Source: Catajapyx aquilonaris (Eukaryota). From it: 64,000 bases of DNA. Shown here in pieces: positions 15,601 through 27,800 of the stretch. A program made the translations under genes and the position numbers. The notes below the pieces were generated by a model that searched no databases, had not been told where the DNA came from, and worked only from the letters and a program-made list of their open reading frames with translations. Numbering within the stretch: the stretch's first letter is position 1; every line of letters begins with the position of its first letter. Location: assembly GCA_000934665.2 (NCBI GenBank), contig KZ538033.1, positions 62,001-126,000 on the forward strand. The letters run 5' to 3'.

Positions 15601-18600
15601 ATTTTGATCAATCTACGTGCTCAGGTGAGGATATCAGCTGGGGAGAAAAGCTGGAATTTGGACCGACTCGACATGAAAATCACGTGCCAAAAAAATCCAG
15701 ACGGGACAAAATTGTTCCGTCTCCAAGTCGTGTGCTTTCTGGAGGCCTGAATTTTTTACCAGCTGGCTTCTGGTGCCGTGCGGTGCAACAATTCAGCTTC
15801 CCTTTAAGGTGTCGATAAAACAAGATCTCCAAACAAGTAAGCTCCACCACAATGGCATCAACTGGCCGTAAATCACAATAAAAACGCCAATGCAACCACT
15901 CAGGTAGACTACCGGCGCAGTTAAGCCCCGCCGAAGCCTTTTAAACACATCATTTTTACGGTTATTGCACCCCCGGAATGTTTAATTGACAATAACGAAC
16001 ATGCTGCTCTCTCAACCGGAGCCTTTTCCATATATGAAAAGCGTCAATACGAAACGTCGTTTCTCATTTTACTTTGTCCACTCCAGTTACTCTGAATGAT
16101 GCGTCGCTTCTCTCTCCGGCCCAGGTATATATGGAATTAATCTCGTGCAGGGCAAAGTTATGCATATATTCGGCTGCCGGGGATGTGTAATTATTGTGCA
16201 CCTTTCTGGTAACCGTAGAAGCTGGGAGTTGCTGAAATTACAGAAGCCTGCGCAGAACCTGACAGTGTTCTACATAGTAGATAAAAAAATTACATTCACT
16301 ATAGTACAAACACCCAGTGCAGATCCCCTTGTCGGCTCTATGCCAATCTTTTTTCCTCCATTTTTTAAAAAGCCGCTGCTCTTTTGATCTTCGTATTACT
16401 CATAGGAAAGAGTATAAGTTAGGGAGTGCAAAAAAAAGAGGGAAGGGAAAGCATCAAGTGAAAAGCATCAAAGGGACTGAGTGAGAATATTCAGAAGACA
16501 TGCACAAAAGAGTTTAAAAACATGAGGCCGGGAGCACTTCAGTGAAACTTGTGGAGTGCCGTTTGTCATTCTTTCATACGTGTATCTAACATTTGCAACT
16601 TTCTGCCGGAGCTTATACGAAGCTCGAAGAAAAGAAAAAAATGATAGAGAACAGAAATATTTTCATTTTCAGTTGACTGCTTAATCACTTCCTGATAACA
16701 AAACCCGGAGAGGCCATTCATGTTCCAACCTTAATCATTCCAGAAAACGGCATAAACCGGGAAATAATTACTCCGCGAGTTAACAAACAACTCGACGCTA
16801 TCACCTCCCAGTGCTCAGTTTCACTGATGGGAAACCCAAGTCATCAAGGGAACAAATGCGCTACTCCGCGACTAATATTAAGTCCCGCTGCGATGAAGAT
16901 TAAATCCCGGATTGGCAAGAACGGCCCAAGAGTGCGTAAAGTGACCCGGAAATCTGCATTCGGTTAGCATAAACTAAAGGGGAAAGAGGCTTGGGCTACT
17001 GAATTTACAGCCCTGGCAAAAACAGAGCCAGGAATAATATAACGGGGATATGCAAATGGTCACTAAATGCGCCGTAAGAAACACATGGGGACGACCAGGA
17101 GTTATGGAGAACACCAGAGTAATCATGGCGATGTATTACTTTTAATGTCGGAATTATGTGCCTTAGCAAGCCCCGAACGAAAAGCCTTACGAAATGATCC
17201 GGGGAAAACACTATAGAGCCGGGGCCGCTAAAATTAATTAGACTTTGCCGTATTCCGCCAACGTAATTTAACTCCCCGGAAAAGTCAAAGACGATTTCCA
17301 TAACGAAATTCATGTTGCTCCCCACCGTTTACAACAAAAAAAAAAGTGTGCGGATATTTCATTATAGGCGAATAAAGTTTGTGGTCTTGCAGGTTTGGCT
17401 GTAATTAATTACATTGCAAAATCTCTAAGTCATACCCGGCGAAACAGTCACGCACGGATATCAATCCTTGCAATACTGTTGATTGATTACAAGTCGGCTC
17501 TAGCATGGCGTCATTGCCCGGAGAAAATATAGGAAGGTGCGTGACTCTTGCGACAGCCAGTAACTACCGGACACGCTTTTCTTTACCCAGACAATCACAA
17601 GATGGCGGGGTTCACACTAAAAGAAAAAAGAAAAGAATAGCAACGGAGCAAATTAACTGTCTGGAGGTGGAAAAAGGAATGGGACAGAAAATCACGTTGT
17701 CATTCAGCACGACCTCGACAAGTTTCGGGAGCTTCTGAAATAGTGATTAACCGCCTATTGTTAGTACTTTTCCTCCTGGTGGGTTTTCCGCCATTTACTC
17801 GAGGGAGCCGAGAATTTCATGCTAAGAACGGGTGTTCACACACACAGAAAAAATAAAACTTTTTTTTTCTCGCTCCCCAAGATTTTTCCGGGGCGAGAAA
17901 ATTTTCTTCGGTTGGCACTTGGAAAGGTTTACACAAGAAAAATGGTGGAAAAGAAAAGAGAGCGAAATATAAGATCGGCACAATCAAGGCAATTGCGTTA
18001 TCAGACAAGTCAGCGTTCATAACAGCATTATCAAGCCACTTCGCTCATCTGGCTTGATATACGAAAAGTCACCCCCCCCCCTCCAACCCAGCCCACCACC
18101 TCTCCCAATGTTGACTTTGCACGCTCCGCGGCCTTTAATCACAATCAGACTTCCGCAATTTTCTTCCCGATTCCCTAAGGCGGAAAGAAGATTTTAAGAG
18201 GGAATATTCCCGTGAAATTGAGCCTGCATCACCAGGGGGGGTCACTCGCTTACTTTATTTACCTTTAACTGCTTAATAACAATGTCAGTTCAATTGGACA
18301 GCCCTTGTCTGGAAATAAGAGGTGTTGCCATGTGCGTACAAAGCACCCCCCAAAAATGTACCCCCCTTTTTTGTGCCTAAACAGCACCCTCTTTTTGTGC
18401 CAGTGCCGCCAATATTCATGCCCCGCAACCATTTTGGCGCCCACTGCATTGTCCTCCCAACTGAAACAAAACCGCAGCCCTCCACTGCAGTGGATTGACA
18501 ACCGATAAAAAAATGGCTGAATCAAAGTGAATAACTGTCCTCCTCTTGTCGGGTTACTGTCGCCTGCTGCTGGCTCATCACTCACTGGGGGGAGGCGGGG

Positions 18601-19078
18601 TGAAATTGGCCCCCCCTCCCTCACATTTTGGTGGGGGGAAAAATCGGATTTTAACAGATTTCCAATTCGGAATCCGTATACAGAATAAGAAATGCAGAAA
18701 TGTCCTGTAGCGCTTAGATTAATTAGCACCGGATGCTTTCAAACCCAGTGTATAATTTCTACCATCTCGGCAGCCACTCCTGTCCCCCGGAAAATACAAA
18801 AGCGGCGTTCAGCGCGACTAGATTCGCTCCCTGGAGCCCTGTAATGCAGCTCATAACCGTCCATTATGACAAGCGGCCACAGATCCTGCCATACCGAAAA
18901 CCTTAAATAATAAATTTCACGTAGTACCGTACGGGGGGTATCCTTGCAATATTAATTCGCGGGTTTTGCTGCATTACTTGCCATCCTTGTCCTTGTTCTT
19001 GAAACTGGTTACAAAATAAGTGGGACAAGAACTATCGCAATATATTGGCCCATATTTTAAGGATTTAATTGCATATTA

Positions 19079-19138
19079 CTATATCCTCCTGAGACCTGAT
19101 GTCCAATATATTGGACATCAGGTCTCAGGAGGATATAG
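19079..19138. mobile_element. Perfect 60-bp palindrome; probable minimal MITE (CCTCCTGAGACC...GGTCTCAGGAGG) flanked by ATAT
   Basis: The left arm 19079-19108 (CTATATCCTCCTGAGACCTGATGTCCAATA) is the exact reverse complement of 19109-19138. ATAT at 19081-19084 and 19133-19136 can be read as a 4-bp TSD around a 48-bp element. The palindrome is certain; the MITE identity is inferred. Confidence 0.7.
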
Positions 19139-22100
19139 ATGGCTTTTTTAACTAACGCAACCGAATGCGCACCACAGTTCGATGCAGCGTGCACGATTGG
19201 CATTATCAGTAATAGCGGGCAAGCTTTCTCCGTATAGTAAGTGTACTGCACTGCATCTATTTCCAACGCTACGCTTGGGGGAAACAAAATGGCCGACGAT
19301 TGCGACGTTGCCAAAGCTCTAGAACGAACCTCAGAGAATACCAGTGTGAATTATTTTTTGAACCCCTGAGGAGTAACTCTGGCAACGTTGTCAGAACAAT
19401 GGTCTGACAAATTTGCTCAATATGAACGTATGTGCATTAATTTTATAGACCGATTGGAGAGGAGGAAAAACCCGTTTCCGATACAACCAACAACCGCCGT
19501 TCACTGCAAAAAAAACCGAGCCTTTTGAACGCGTCCATTTTCTGGTTTAATCTGGCTTACTTAGCCCAAATACAGCGGAGGTTAAGCGCGGCAATGGGTA
19601 GTCATCTTGCATGGATGACGTCATTACTGCCACAATTTGGCGCAGTCCGGTATAGCTGTAAAACCGGACCCAAAACAGCAAAACACACCGTGGGAGCTGT
19701 GTAGTGTTGCGACCAGGAATAAGTCATCTCTGGGCCTGTGGATTAATGGCGGCCAAAGAATGCAGGGATGGCATAAATCATGATATTCCGGGTTTGGAGT
19801 CTGCAGCATCTCCGGGGCTGGATCCGGGCTTCCAAAACCGAGCTGGTTCAAAACGCCCTATCAAATTTTCATTAACTCTGTTGGAAAAGGAAGTTGGGTG
19901 GGGGAGGGGGGGTGGGGGGGGGAGACCGGTGCTGCAAAAACCATGGAACAGCTGATAAGATGCGTGTTTGTAGAACGTGGTATGTGCTCGCGACGTGTTT
20001 CCCACGTCCGGGGGAACATATATGCTGCGATTCGATTTATGCGAGCGAGATTAGCACATTTGGACGCGGCTCGTTTTCTGCAGATGGCAATCCGGTCGCG
20101 AATAAATTTGACTGCTATCCTCTAAATCTCTTGAAACGCTTACCTCGCTATCTCTGCGGAAAAAAATAGGATGGGGAAGGCTTAGTCTAATTGGCTTAAA
20201 CTGAAACTCTCCCACTCCCTGGATTTTTTTAAAATTTAAAGGGGACTGGCTGTCACGGAAGTAAATCCAAACGCAAACATGTTAAACAATTAAGAAAACG
20301 CCTCGGAATTCGACCCGTAAATAAAGTTAAACGCCTGTTTCGTCGCTCGGTATATATAAGAACTGGAGCCCCGAGTCTCGACAGTGACACTAAAAGGATT
20401 AAAAACTTCATTCCTGAAGACAGGATTAAGCCAACACATCAATTACGGTAATGAAATGGCAAACCGTGTTATTGTGTTTCGAGACAACGGAGACCAGTGT
20501 CGCAAGGATTTTGAAAATTGACTTCAATTTACAGCCAGAAACTAATATTGGCAAATATCGCAAGGTAATTCCGAATATGTACGGGCAAACTCGATTTTCA
20601 TTATTCATCGGCAACTGAATTGAGGGCAGCTCCGGATACACCAATTTTGCAAAACAATAAAAATCGGCAGGTTTCGCTCCCTGGCGAATAAACAGTCACA
20701 GGTAAATTCACGTAAATGTTTGAACAATAGGCAAAAGGCACGCTCGCTTTCAGAGTAATTCTTTTTCGCGAATAAGGGCCACGAACTCAGGTACGCCCCG
20801 GAAGTTGGTCAGGACCGCAAATCAGCAATTATATCATCCCGGAAAATACCCGCAGTGGGCGAATCCGCATGGATCGGAGCACTCGTACACAACCGGCGGT
20901 AGAGTTCACAAATTGGCCGACATGACCATCACGCTCGCTAGCTGTTATCCCACTGTAAATGCTATAATTCCTGGGCCCAGGTACTATATTTGCTGTCATG
21001 TCGAGGGTGCCTCTGTTTGTGTACACACCACCGCAAAAGCCAAACATGCCTGACGTTTTAATAATAAATGCGATTGCCGCACTTACTCAAAAAACAGCCG
21101 GCGTATCTGATCTATCCATCTGAAACTGGTGTGTGCAAACCGCATTTTTATTTCTAGGACAACAATGCAATTAGAGTACATGCTCGTACATTTTTTTTCA
21201 AATTGCATGGACATTGCATTTTCTAAACACTAGTTTCGCTTCGACGCCTGCTTGTTTACATTTGCATGTAGTGCGTTACAACAGTCACGGTTAACTACAA
21301 TACAGTTAATTGCTGGATTTAAATTTACAATATGTCATTACAACGTGTTTGTTCCGTGCAGAAAAAATGGAGGGGGTTAGTTGTCATTTAATTTCTGATA
21401 TTTCAACGTGCATTTCCATTTTTCTCAATAAGTATCACTGTTTCATTTTAACGCTCAATGGACTCTGTAATCCAATAATTTACATGGGTCTACATGAAAA
21501 TTAATTGAAACGTAATATAATTAATTTACGCTGTCATATGTTGGCGAGGCCAGCGTCCATCAAAAGTAATTTGTTATAATAATACATCTTTGCATAATCC
21601 ACGATGATATTTGTAAATCCCCTCGTTAATCACCAGGAATCAATACTTTGGCCCCTTATTAAGTTAGATTAATTGCATACACATCACACTCAAGTATCAA
21701 TTTACATTTGCTGTATCGCGCAACAGGTAAATGTGTGCACAACACCTGTAAAATTATTACTCGCTAATAATGGCCTCATGCAGCCCCTGTCAAAGTCACT
21801 GAACTGGACATCCCCCCTCGCCATCAGTAGAAAATAAACAACACTGGGGTTGCAAATGTTATTTACATATCTAGCAGGACATGGCAACCACAAAAACACC
21901 AGATTGTATTAAACCCGCGCGCAACACACTAACCCGCGAGTTTTACGCCCTAATTTTATGCTTTCATTAGTTCCAATATGTAGACACACACCAGGGGCTA
22001 TTTCATTACCTCCCCGATATACTATAGATATATTTTCTCCTCGGACGTCATCAAGCCGCTTTTGCGTGGCTGCACCACACCCACACAAGCTTTCCTGATG

Positions 22101-24793
22101 CGCCATTAAACTAGAAATGACAGTGTTTTACGGTAATGGTCGTAGTCTAGCGAGCAGGCGAGGCTAAGATCACACCACCCCTTGACGACCTCCCGCCTTC
22201 ATCCCCGCCGGCTACAAGCACAGTTTTAAAATAATTAGCACGGAAAAGCGTTGAATCAAGCGCAGGTAACACAACATTAGGATGCCTAATGCGAGGCCAA
22301 ACCGTCGGAAGCACGATCATACTGCAAAACTTCATAACACACGGGGGGTCCCCCCCAACAGCTTGGGTAGATTAAGTCCTATTATCCTCCATTCATTGCG
22401 TTCGTTTCATTTTAAGTTGAGCACTGGCCCTAGCCAATAAAAACATAATTCGCCGTTAACCGTAGGCCAGTTGGAAGCCATTAGCACGAAAGGCTGGGGG
22501 AAAGGAATTAAATTGCAAGTCGAGCTTATGATGGAGTGTAGGCTCTCTAAGGTTCATCATCCGGCCGCCAGGCGTCTCTTCCGTGCAAAACTTCGCAGGG
22601 GAGAGGAAAAAGTGGGGGAGGGGTAAAAATTACGGCCGGTTCTTAGGCAGGCCGGCGGGGGAATGGAGAGGTCATTATGGTTGATTTAATAAGGCGGCGG
22701 GCACGGAGAGGCGGCGGGGTATGAATCAGGAGGACGCAAAACAACCCCGGGGGAATAACACTTTTACAGAGCCCGAGGGGTGATCCAATGTCTGCTCCCG
22801 TGGGGTGGGCAGAGGGAGGTTTTAAAAGGGGAGGAAAAAAAAGATAGTGAAGTATACCCCCTCTCACGACCGTTACGTGGTCACTACTTTTGGAATGGGA
22901 AGCCTTCCAACAAGTTTTCAGAATGAATTTCTCTCCTCGCAAATTCTGGTGGTCGCTGCGGTTGTTATTCCAGGACCCTAAGTGCACTGGAAGAATTGTA
23001 TATATGTAAAAATATATATACAATGGGAGGAACCCAAGACTATAGAATTCATCGACTTTTCAATGCTAGTCATACATCTATAGAGGCTTAATCCCTTGGG
23101 CGTGCGGAAAACCAAACTGGGTTATTTATTTACGAAACAATAATCACCCTGACTTTATGATTCGAGCGGAAGAAAGCAGTCGTGGGCTTATTAGAGCTTC
23201 CGCCTCACGCCTTTAGCAGCGTAATTCATCACGGGCCTTGTTGAAGAGATTGGGTAAAAAACAGGGAGTATAGTGGAGGGTTGGGCGGGATTTTTTCCTA
23301 ATTTTTTTTTTTCAAAAAGCGAGGCGGATTCATGAGCTAACTCTTCCATGTCGGGGCCAGCAACAAATTGAAACTTTGCATGGCGCACGACCCATTTTTT
23401 ACTGTCCTCCGGAAGCCTCCCTAGTAGAGCACTTACGCATTATTATTCCCTCCTCCGCCGCTCCTAAATTCCAGGTGATATTGGATAGGCACGTGAGAAG
23501 GAAAAATGTACGACACGGTGGTTCCAAATGCGTAGCCGGCACGGAATTAAATCTATTTTTATGCTCCCACACAATTGGTGGGGAAAAGGTGATTACATCG
23601 GTATCATTAAGGGGTTGCAAGCAGGTCCTGATGTGTTGGACATTGTTCGCAGCACTAATCCAATTTCGACAAAGTAATGTGTCTTTTTTTCCACCGGATG
23701 TACCGGTCGGAACAGCCGACTCGGGGTGGTTCAAACTGCATGAAACGTCTGTAGCAGTAACATGTAGCCGTCACGTAAGCTGGTGGCCTACTTGGCTCTG
23801 GAGTAGTAACCTGACACAGAATGTAGGACATATTAGTTTCCGAAGTTGTGGAGGGGACTATCGATGCCATAAAGGCGACTATCGATTGGATCCGGCTACC
23901 CCTGAAATCGCAGGATCGATTTTATTATCGCTTTTATTGTTGCCCCCCTCCACTATCAAAGGCTGTAACTCAACATGCAAAGTCATTGGTAGCCATGACA
24001 ATCAGTTGTGAATGCTGCAGGGCTGAAGCGGAATAAATTATTTAAAAAGTATGCCCCGGGAAAACATCAGATTTTATGCAGTGACCCGGAGTCAGGACAA
24101 CATGACACACCTTGTACCTCGATTATTTGATGACCCCGTTAAAACACGCAGTAATTTGGTGGGATTCACCGAACCCACTCCGAACAGCCACAGCACGTCA
24201 TCATAATTATTACACAGCAATACACTGTCCTGCCTTGCAACACATGCACCAATGTTGCGAAATGCACATGCACATCTACATGCTATCAGCAAACCACTGC
24301 ACGCGAAACACACACATGTAGAGTATGTGGTGTGTGAGAAAGGGTCGCATTTCCTCTTCTCCGTTTCATCCTGCGAGGTAGATGACCCATCCGCCTCTCT
24401 TGTTTAACCCGCTGCCTGCCACTCAGGCGCTCGCTTCTCTTGCCACAGATTCTCGTGGAGAATCAGACAAAACAACATTGCACTCCAAGCAAGTTGACTA
24501 AGCGCGGTATACGGTCCGGGAGCATAGGTTGCGAGGCAGGGACAGACTCGTGTTGCTCCAAGGCTCCTGGAGGTGAAAGATCCCTGAGGCCGGCCTCCCC
24601 CTTAATGGAAGTACGGTGTCTGCGCGAATGGACAGAAGTGTGGGTGTCTAGTGCCACTTACAGCTTTCTCTCTCTTACTCTCTCTCTCCAAGGGTCAGGC
24701 CACGTGATGCACAGACGTCTGTTTCTCCCTTGGAAGCCAAGTTTCGCCCAGACCGTTATCGCCTGCGGGGGCGACTCTCTCAAATTATGGGCA

Positions 24794-24812
24794 GGGGGGG
24801 GGGGNGGGGGGG
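24794..24812 (+). repeat. Poly-G run with an unresolved base (N at 24805)
   Basis: G11-N-G7; the true length is uncertain. Confidence 0.9.
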
Positions 24813-27800
24813 AGCTCTGCTTCCGTAGTCATTACCAACTTCGACTGGTCTCCGAAGTTAGATTCCAAATTCGTCTCAAGTATCAACGTAGTAGGTAGGG
24901 AGTTAAGGAAGGCGCCATTACCGCTCAGTTTGCCTAACCCTCAACTTTGTAGCCTTGTTTTGCCCGTGTAAACTTCCAGCCCCAGTCATGTTAACTTTAT
25001 GCCTCGGGTTAGGCTTGCAGGGAGGGCCACTTGGATGTACTAGAGGGACCGCTTGTGAGCCCAAGTTTTATCTACGAACCATCATGTTGAAAGCGCAACT
25101 AGCAATATGTCAAACTGGACATCGTATCGCCAATCCCATGGTGATGTATATATCAAGATTAGCCGCTTGTGTCAGGGTGCGGACTAATGCATTTAACTCC
25201 AAAAGAGAACAAAAGCGAATTATACAACAGGGATTTGAGCCTGGTCGCCGTGATAGAATCTGACATGAAAGAGCAGCCCTTTTTTTTTGAGGGGGGCACA
25301 AAAATCCGGTCCCAAAGCAAAAGGGCCCGCCTTTTGCAACCGCTATAGGTGCTCAGCCTGCTTTAAAAAATTAGCATATTTTAATCCCCCCTCCCCTCCC
25401 CCCGCAAAATTATATGTATAAGTGCAATTCTGCTGATTACTCCACTTTAACGAAGCCGGTGCAAGTTGAACCAATGTCAGTCAGTCTCTGGAGCCTGCCA
25501 AAAACATGGAAGCAGCTGCTGCAAGGCGAGGCATCATCCTGCACTTTACTAGATAATAGCATTTCTCACGCTCGGCAGAAAAGAATGCCGGAATTTACAT
25601 ACTACGCTACTCCCACAGTGGGGCTTTATCCTGATAATCATTACCAATTCGTCTTCTAAATTCCAGACTATACATCAGGCGAGCGTAATTTTACTCCCTC
25701 GCTACCAGTCTTTTAACTGCAGTGAATTAATTATGCGGGATGGCCCCCCGACTCTCCTTTCCTTCTCCTGGGAAGCACGAGAAATGGTTTCCGCCTTCAA
25801 CAGCCCAGAGTTATAGGCCACTCTTCCAAGAACAGAATTCCGCCCAGGCAACACCACCCGCCCTTCGAATAAATGCTCCTGCACCCGGGTCCACCCCTCG
25901 AGGCCAAGCTTAAAAAGATAACCATGGCGACAACCCACCTCCGGGATTTCGATGGGCTGCAGCCAGCTAGGAGAACGCCCTGGACAATCAAAGGAGTAGG
26001 TTGAACAATACGAAAATTCCGGCACGTGCACAAGTCCATTTATTAAATTCCATTTCTGTCCTATTATTATTAAGCAAAATGACGAAACCGTAACACTTCC
26101 CGACAAGAGATGGAAGCACCAGCTAGTGGCCGGTAAAGTGGCGACATCTATCGGAGAACTGACTGTAAAACTGATAATTTCTGCAACGAAACTGGGTCCC
26201 CAGCACAAAATTTGGACGCTTCGTGGGCGAAGAAAATTCGGTCCAAGTTTTCCACGCTGGTTACAAGTGATCCCCGCAATAATTGCATGGAAAGCAGGCG
26301 GCATTACCACTCCTGCGGTAATGTTCACAACGCTAATTAATCAACGTGGCGTCGCATTCACGAGTCAGGTCTACGAATGCTGGGGCTTTCGAGCAGTCGC
26401 GAACTCTGGGCAATCAAAAGAGAGGGGGAAGGGAAGGGGTAGGGGGTAGTGGCGATAATGGGTTAATTCAAGGGAGAACTTTATTACGGGGCCCTTCGGT
26501 GCTGTCGAGTCGAGGTCGCTATAGAAATCCGGCCGGGGCTATAATCCGGCTTGTGGTAACCCTCCCCATTGTGCGCGAAATAATGCCACATTGCTTCGCA
26601 GAGTGGCGAATTTGCGCCCAGGATAGTTGCGCCCAAATCATAGCTGACCTGCATTTTCCCAAAGAACCGTTAACCGCAGATAAAACCATGCCGGATTAAA
26701 ACCCAGTTCTAACTCTCTAACCCTGCCTTGAGCCGCACCGATTCAGGATGAGTTCTCAATCACCTGGGCCTAAAGGTGTCAACAAGATAATTGGGGGGTG
26801 CTGCGGGACCTTTGCGGCCGAATCTTTGTTCCCAGTGTGAAGAGTGGAAAACGAGCTCTCTGAACATAGCCTGGCCCCCCAAAATGGAACCCAATTTAGC
26901 AGAGGAAATATTTAGTGGGCCCAGCACTTGTGCAGCCGGTAAATGAAACAGGAATGGTTCTCTGCGGAACACTTGGAAACGGCGCAGTTGTGTGACCGCC
27001 CTGTCGCTCTTTTAAGCCCCCGGAGCAGCTCGCAAAAAAAAGAGGCCTCGGAGATGAATATTGCGAAAAATTTACTAGCCTCGAATGAAAGCTTCAACGG
27101 CACGCAATTTAATGCGACAGCGGACACAAAATTACGCATGAAGTCGCTTTAAAAATGAAGCTACCCCGCGGTTGCCCCAGCAACACCTGGAAATTCATGG
27201 ACAAAAATGTTGCAGCAAACATGATTATCTCTTTATTAAACTTTCACTGTCAGTGCTGCTCATCAATTCTTTTCAGTAATTTCTGGTCCAAATGCCTGCA
27301 TAAAAGATGGCCGAGTATAATCTCCGATTATACATACACCGAGTTATCTCGACATCAAAAGACGTCTCGCACGTTTCAGGTCATCCCATCCCCATTATTT
27401 ACTCTTCCCTTTCCATACTTTCCGTTTTCGAGCTCATTACGGACCTGCCTAATTGAGCGATTAAACGCGTGGATGGAGCCAAAGCGAAGAATATTCATGC
27501 AGCAAGATAGTCTCCTGTAAGCTTCAAACAACATATCCTAAGCAAAGTGCTGGGTGTGGGTGGGGGTACAAAGTTTGGTCGTTAACCGCCCCCCCTTCTG
27601 ACAAACTCGGGCCCCCCCTGCTTAACAAAAGGGGGGTGAAATTTGTTGACCATTACGAGTACAATTTCCCGAGGAAAAGACGTTAACATTACCTCCCTTA
27701 GTGGCTGTATATGGACCTCTTCACAATACTGAGGCAGCTATTCGTACCGTATGATTGCCAACTCGAATGAAACATTGACAATCTTTATGAATGTTTAAGT

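Noticed and set aside
22984..22997. GCACTGGAAGAATT, a partial match to the miR-263 family
   Set aside because: Only 14 nt match, the 5' seed start and 3' end differ, and there is no pre-miRNA-length hairpin.
23376..24011. 211-aa ORF (longest in the window)
   Set aside because: Non-ATG start, no recognisable domain, random-like composition; ORFs of this length are expected by chance across six frames.
25702..26328. 208-aa minus-strand ORF
   Set aside because: Non-ATG start, no recognisable motif or transposon domain.
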